Of a stretch of 20,000 nt of DNA, positions 15,721-20,000 are shown piece by piece; positions within the stretch are counted from its first letter, which is position 1; each line of letters opens with the position of its first letter. This DNA is from an uncultured virus (IMG/VR IMGVR_UViG_2061766007_000288) (taxonomy: Duplodnaviria > Heunggongvirae > Uroviricota > Caudoviricetes): the IMG/VR virus record IMGVR_UViG_2061766007_000288; one strand, given 5' to 3'. The notes beneath the pieces were generated by a model that made no database searches, was not told where the DNA came from, and saw only the letters and a program-made list of their open reading frames with translations. The translations under genes were made by a program, and so were the position numbers.

Positions 15721-16266
15721 TTACCAGTTTTTTGTAGGTTCAATCAGTTTCGACATCTCTTCGGCTTCCATTTGAGCGACGGTGCGATTTCCCGGCGCAT
15801 AGAATTCGGCTGCCAGCGCAGTCGCCTCCTCTTTACTCATTTTACCTTCCGTCATATATCTTTCGATACGGTGTTGCGTTGCCATGCCGATGGCCTGCAG
15901 CATTATTTCATCATCCGAAATCTTCGGTACGGCATCCCATGCCGCGCTAATGAGGGCATCCTGGGCATCGGGAGACTTCTTGTCAACCTCGTGGCAATTG
16001 TCGCGTTCTACTTCCATCGGCTCACCGCCATATTCTTCCACTTCCTCGAAGCGGTACTTCTGTTTCACGTCAGGGTACTTCTCGTGGTCAACTTCCGATA
16101 GGAACATATTGAGGGGACGAACGCAGAGAGACTTGTCGCCATACAGGTGTCGATAGACAACCATCGGCTCCTGGGTTTCCGAATGCTTCGCGATGCCCTC
16201 GACGATGTAATACTTGCCCTTGAAATGGCGATAGATACCATGAACAGTCACTTCCCTACTTGACAT
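15721..16266 (-). CDS. DUF1653-domain protein with a C-terminal extension
   Basis: [30 protein letters not shown]....VRPL.MF.SEVD.EKYP...QKYRFE. Start trimmed to MSSREV. Confidence 0.88.
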   Translation of the reverse strand: MSSREVTVHGIYRHFKGKYYIVEGIAKHSETQEPMVVYRHLYGDKSLCVRPLNMFLSEVDHEKYPDVKQKYRFEEVEEYGGEPMEVERDNCHEVDKKSPDAQDALISAAWDAVPKISDDEIMLQAIGMATQHRIERYMTEGKMSKEEATALAAEFYAPGNRTVAQMEAEEMSKLIEPTKNW

Positions 16267-16570
16267 GCTTCTTCTCCGGGAAACGGTGGTCTTCTGGATA
16301 GAGGAACGCCTTATCGACATGCTCCTGCCGTTCCTCCATGTGCGCGATAAGTTCCTTCAAATAGATGCGGTTGGCCGAATCCTCGGTCCACAGGTCCATC
16401 TCGAAATCGCGTTCGGCCTTGGTGGCAGTCTCGGACTTCCACTTCTCAATCAGTTCCTTCGGGATGGACGCGGCCATCTCGATACACCCTTTCAAGTACC
16501 AGGCGTATTCCCGGTCCGTGAGTTCACCGGCGCCATGCCGGCAGCAGGGGCAGTTGCAAAATTCTCTCAT
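16256..16570 (-). CDS. Hypothetical protein with an N-terminal CxCxCC cluster
   Basis: [13 protein letters not shown]...; track ORF trimmed to ATG 16570. Confidence 0.68.
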   Translation of the reverse strand: MREFCNCPCCRHGAGELTDREYAWYLKGCIEMAASIPKELIEKWKSETATKAERDFEMDLWTEDSANRIYLKELIAHMEERQEHVDKAFLYPEDHRFPEKKHVK

Positions 16571-16574
16571 AGTT

Positions 16575-16655
16575 CTACCACGAGGACAGCATCCACAGGA
16601 CAATAACCACGCAAATCAGCGCACATACAAATGCCAATGCACGGTCAAGGTCCAT
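16575..16655 (-). CDS. Possible 26-aa single-pass membrane peptide
   Basis: MDLDRALAFVCALICVVIVLWMLSSW*, ending 4 nt before the next ATG. Confidence 0.4.
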   Translation of the reverse strand: MDLDRALAFVCALICVVIVLWMLSSW

Positions 16656-16756
16656 AGAAATGTATGCAGTGCGGAAACTCACCCATCTTTAGTGGATGAG
16701 AGGAGCGCTGCTTCCTCCATAATGTAAGTGTTGTTGTGATGTTTTANNNNNNNNNN

Positions 16757-17418
16757 GCGGGCTTGTCACCCGTGATGCCTTCATCGAGGTATTTCTTGGC
16801 GAGTTTCTTGCCAAACTTGGCATCGACACCCATTTCGGCCATCACGGCCTTGACAAACAGGCCAAACTCGTACACGGCCACGGGAGCGTCAGTGTTTCCT
16901 TCAATCGTTCCCACGAACGCATCGTCCCAACGCTTGTCCAGCTTGCCGACGATCGGCATGTCCCACCGGATGGAGTCACCGCGTTCCTCGATATCATGCA
17001 GCGCTTCCATGATTATTGGGGCATGTTCATACTGATACGGAAGCGACCGGACCGTATTGTAGTTGAAATCATCATGGGCCAAGGTATAAAGCTCACTTGC
17101 CATGAAATCGGCATCAGCAAGCTGTTCCTCGGTGTAGTCACCCATGGATTCCGCCCAGTTCGGGCCATAGCTTTCCATTTTCGAAAGGACAGAAAGCTCG
17201 GATTCATATACGGGAACCTCGATGCCGTGCTCGTTCACGATTGTCCCAATCATGCCCTTTTCGCAGCCGTCCGGGAACATCATGTACTCGTTCTGCTTGT
17301 TGGTACGGCGGGTGGCTTCCTTAAACCTTGCCTTGACCGCCTTGGAGAAACCTTTGAGGTTCAGCGGATGTGGTCCGAACAGATCCTCAATCTTCTGCTT
17401 TTCTTCTTCCTTATCCAT
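16757..17418 (-). CDS. Hypothetical phage protein with an internal repeat; 3' end lost in the N gap
   Basis: Start MDKEEE after AAGGAAGGA. Segments GMIGTIVNEHGIEVPVYE and AFVGTIEGNTDAPVAVYE resemble each other. Confidence 0.72.
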
Positions 17419-18127
17419 TACGTCCTTCCTTTGTAACGGTATTCCAATCAGGTACATCATGGAAACATTGTCCTGGGTTCAATCCAAGATTATATGCGAC
17501 CGAATCCGGCACGGTCACACTGGAATAGCCGGGGGCCGGCACTCTCATATACTCGCGGGTCGGGTTCGCGGGCTCCTTGTCACCGTATCTGCGAACCATG
17601 ATGTAGCATTCGCCCATTCTCGCCGTTCGCACCCAGGGAACAATCTCATTATCTTTCCCTTCCGGATAAGTCACTGTATTTGCATATACAGGTGTATGTG
17701 ATATCTCATCCTTACATCTAACGAGAACCTGGCCATTGCCCTTGGCTACCCATTCCTGCAGTTCTAGGTAAGTGACAATCGAAGGCTCATCTTCGTCGGT
17801 GGCTATCTTGGCATCATCCTTCGTATCGTTGAGATAGTCATAGACTGCCTTGGCACCCATGCCGGTAGTCTCGGCACAATGGTCCCAGGTGGCACCCATG
17901 TTCTGTGCGGCCATGCCGTCACCGCGGGCAAACACGCGCTTGACACCGAGCCCTGGGTTTACATAGAACACTTCCGCCAGGTATGGGGCCCCGGTTTCCG
18001 GGTCGTTGGCATCCTCGTCATCCCATACAAACATCATCTTCGGAGGATCGAAGGTCACCGGCTTATCGGGCATAAATTCCTTTACGTCCGACAAGCCCAT
18101 CTTGAATAACTTTTTTGTTTCGCTCAT
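17411..18127 (-). CDS. Hypothetical phage protein
   Basis: Track ORF trimmed to MSETKK at 18127 from promoter geometry. Confidence 0.75.
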   Translation of the reverse strand: MSETKKLFKMGLSDVKEFMPDKPVTFDPPKMMFVWDDEDANDPETGAPYLAEVFYVNPGLGVKRVFARGDGMAAQNMGATWDHCAETTGMGAKAVYDYLNDTKDDAKIATDEDEPSIVTYLELQEWVAKGNGQVLVRCKDEISHTPVYANTVTYPEGKDNEIVPWVRTARMGECYIMVRRYGDKEPANPTREYMRVPAPGYSSVTVPDSVAYNLGLNPGQCFHDVPDWNTVTKEGRNG

Positions 18128-18162
18128 GACAAAAATATAGCAAAAAAGACACGGCTTGGAAG
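18128..18162 (-). promoter_or_regulatory. Promoter copy 5, predicted leaderless
   Basis: CTTCCA(18162-18157)-17 nt-TATATT(18139-18134)-6 nt-ATG(18127). Confidence 0.75.
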
Positions 18163-18171
18163 AAAGCCGTG
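18142..18171 (-). terminator. Intrinsic terminator overlapping promoter 5
   Basis: CACGGCTT-6 nt-AAGCCGTG 8-bp stem followed by TCTTTTTT. Confidence 0.75.
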
Positions 18172-18193
18172 CCATTGAATTGTTAAAAAATGT

Positions 18194-18434
18194 TTACTTG
18201 GAGACGATTTCCACGATGCGCTCGGCAATCCGCTTCACGTCTTCGCGTACATCGTTCGCAAATACGATTGGTTCCGGGAAATGCGGGTCGTTGGAAGCAC
18301 GCCACTTGTCGTACAGGTTATTCTGCATCTCGTCCGTAAGGGCGACCATCTTCCTGAAATCGGCCAGCAGCAGCTTGTTCTTCCTGTATTCCTCATCAGG
18401 AAGCACACTGAAACCGGTGCATTCCGTCTCGATG
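18194..18434 (-). CDS. Hypothetical protein; 5' end lost in the N gap
   Basis: Open frame from the gap: IETECTGFSVLPDEEYRK...IVSK*. Confidence 0.65.
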
Positions 18435-18444
18435 NNNNNNNNNN

Positions 18445-19656
18445 CTTCCTGTAACTGACCGAATCTGCTAGAAGTTTTCCGGTGATATCCGCAACAGAAA
18501 ACGAACCCGACACTCTACGTGCGCTCAGGAAGCAATCCCTGTATGCATACTCGACGGAATCCATCAGACGGAATCCCCTTACTTCACGAGGTGCCTGGTT
18601 GTTTCTCCGCGTGCCACCAGGACGAATGGTTGCCCTGTGCAGCTGCCTGTTGTTCGCACGCAACTTGCGGATTATCAAGTAATTACCATCTGAACATGCA
18701 CACGGATTGCCACTGATGCAACGGGCATCAATCGCATGCTCCTTAGGCAGTCCATATTTACTACGGGTACTCTTGGTGATGTAGCCGTAGGTCTCGAAGC
18801 AAGGAATTTTGTTTCCAATTTCTTCATTCATCCGGTTGAACATCGCCTTCCGCATGATGCCCATCTGCGTGGCATCACGTAGCGAGGTGCCACGTCTTGC
18901 GGTCTTCGGTAACTTGATTTCGCCCCTATGGTACTTAGCATGACATTCCGAGCACAACGTGATGAGATTGTTAGGTGCATCTCCACCTGTCTTTCTGCTC
19001 TCGATATGGTGGACATGCAGTTTCTTGTCCTTGAACTTACCCTTGCAGCACTGGCATTTATGACCGTCACGACACAACACATATTCCCGCACATTAAAGA
19101 AACCGAGCTGCTCACCCTTCTGGTAGTCGGTCCCCTGCGGCAACGGAAGCCCCTGTTCCTTGGCTTTCAATAGCTGGGTATCGAACTGTGCAGTCTCCAC
19201 GGTTATCTTCTTGATAGGCAAGAACTTGCATATTATCGATATCCAGTGGATATGGGTATCCACCTTCTGCCTTACCGAAGGTGAAAGCCATCCCGGCTTC
19301 TTGAACCTGGTCCTGTTCAGGAACCTGGATTTTCTATAGCGAGTCTTCCTGTCCCTTCTGGTCCGACGGAACTCCCTTCGCGTGGAGAGCTTCTCCACGA
19401 TATCCGACCTAAGCAGCAATTCTGCCTCGAAAAGTACCTTCTTCTTGGTAGTGGCGGAGAATCCGACATGCTTCGTACCCGCGTCTACGCCTAGACTGAC
19501 CTCCTGCACGCCATTCGGCGTGTCATAAGTAAGCTGGATGGTGAATGGACGGTAATCGACAACGACTGCAAGGCCTTTCCTGAGCAGACGGTGGACCCTG
19601 CCGTACCGGGTGGTAGGCATCAGCGGCTTTCCGTATCTGTTCAGTACATAGACCAT
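18445..19656 (-). CDS. iscB: IscB RNA-guided endonuclease (OMEGA, RRXRR/HNH); C-terminus cut by the N gap
   Basis: MVYVLNRYGKPLMPT (PLMP), RuvC-I LGVDAG, Arg-rich bridge helix, RuvC-II VETAQFD, HNH VHHIESRKTGGDAPNNLITLCSECH, RuvC-III KEHAIDA. Confidence 0.95.
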
Positions 19657-19659
19657 TCG

Positions 19660-19951
19660 TTCGTTATCCTTTATTTGTTGTTTTTGACCTAACTTAATAG
19701 GTAATGCAGAGCTTTCGCTCTGTGGGTGGTCATCGACAATGTTAGGAGGGCTTGTCATGAACGCCACACTGCCCCTACCCATCAGGACTGTTTAATGACG
19801 CTCGGCAGGGCGGGGGACTTGACCGTTACATCCCAGGGTGCCGTGACCTCCCTAACGTAGTTCAGCGGATTTCTCTGCTTCACTGAGTCTAATCAACTAT
19901 GAGCCTGAGTTACCCCAAACTCACGGGTCTTTACACCCGTGGGTAGTTGAT
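19660..19951 (-). ncRNA. omegaRNA (HEARO-type) scaffold of IscB
   Basis: About 290 nt directly upstream of iscB. Starts TCAACTACCC, with stem ATCAACTA/TAGTTGAT (19892-19951), GTTGATTAGACTCAG, CTACGTT (19854-19860), ACATTGTCGATG (19731-19742) and hairpin CAGAGC-GAAA-GCTCTG. Confidence 0.88.
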
Positions 19952-19953
19952 AT

Positions 19954-20000
19954 CTAGGCATTGAAGAAAGCCTCCATCATTTCGTCGTTTATGTCCTTCC
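19954..20000 (-). CDS. 3' end of an upstream gene
   Basis: ...KDINDEMMEAFFNA* with TAG at 19954-19956. Confidence 0.55.
   Translation of the reverse strand, partial: KDINDEMMEAFFNA

Larger units (their letters stand above)
18445..19951 (-). mobile_element. IS200/IS605-superfamily IscB element; no tnpA visible, other end in the gap
   Basis: omegaRNA plus iscB beginning 2-3 nt after the TAG of the upstream gene. Confidence 0.8.

Noticed and set aside
18153..18168. 14/16 match between the IscB 5' flank (GGCTTTCTTCAATGCC) and the terminator at promoter 5 as a self-target
   Set aside because: The match excludes the scaffold-proximal seed bases (TAGA) and is short enough to be chance.
18235..18444. 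IscB C-terminus as given in the 515-aa track ORF, and its N-terminal extension to 19782
   Set aside because: The C-terminus reads through an N gap of arbitrary length into another gene's alternative frame; the N-extension is omegaRNA sequence.
116..19173. Long plus-strand ORFs (e.g. 2273..3022, 10558..11667, 13795..14706)
   Set aside because: They are antisense shadows of recognisable minus-strand genes and carry no motifs of their own.
1..20000. Alternative genetic code (stop-codon reassignment)
   Set aside because: TAA, TAG and TGA all end genes at tight junctions, and standard-code coding density is already high.
1..20000. CRISPR array or tRNA genes
   Set aside because: No regularly spaced repeats and no cloverleaf with a T-loop consensus were seen; the 9185-9315 structure does not fit a tRNA.

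Overview
This looks like a 20-kb accessory/early-gene region of a large phage from a metagenomic scaffold with four 10-N gaps. Phage origin is inferred from dense, translationally coupled, all-minus-strand small genes, auxiliary nucleotide enzymes and no housekeeping operons. FISUMP-like motifs and the promoter shape suggest a Fibrobacterota/Bacteroidota host (inference). Recognisable proteins are a NadD-Nudix fusion, a CCA-type HD protein, a class II CCA-adding enzyme, an RlaP/Pol-beta nucleotidyltransferase, a TIGR02452 PARG-like macrodomain, a HAD-like protein, a dUTPase with an extra N-terminal domain, DUF551 and DUF1653 proteins, and two RNA-guided nucleases (solo TnpB; IscB with its omegaRNA). 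Main observations: (1) five copies of a fixed-geometry promoter [-35]-17nt-TAYATT-6nt-ATG predict leaderless mRNAs, and four of the five drive putative RNA-end repair enzymes; three overlap terminator hairpins; (2) an unannotated, G-U-rich structured RNA candidate lies upstream of tnpB; (3) two ORFs with complementary FISUMP motifs are separated by a single in-frame TGA; (4) a 26-bp junction repeat flanks one of two paralogous genes; (5) two copies of the dUTPase N-terminal domain differ at 10 sites, 8 of them non-synonymous. All family calls come from motif recognition by eye, not database searches.
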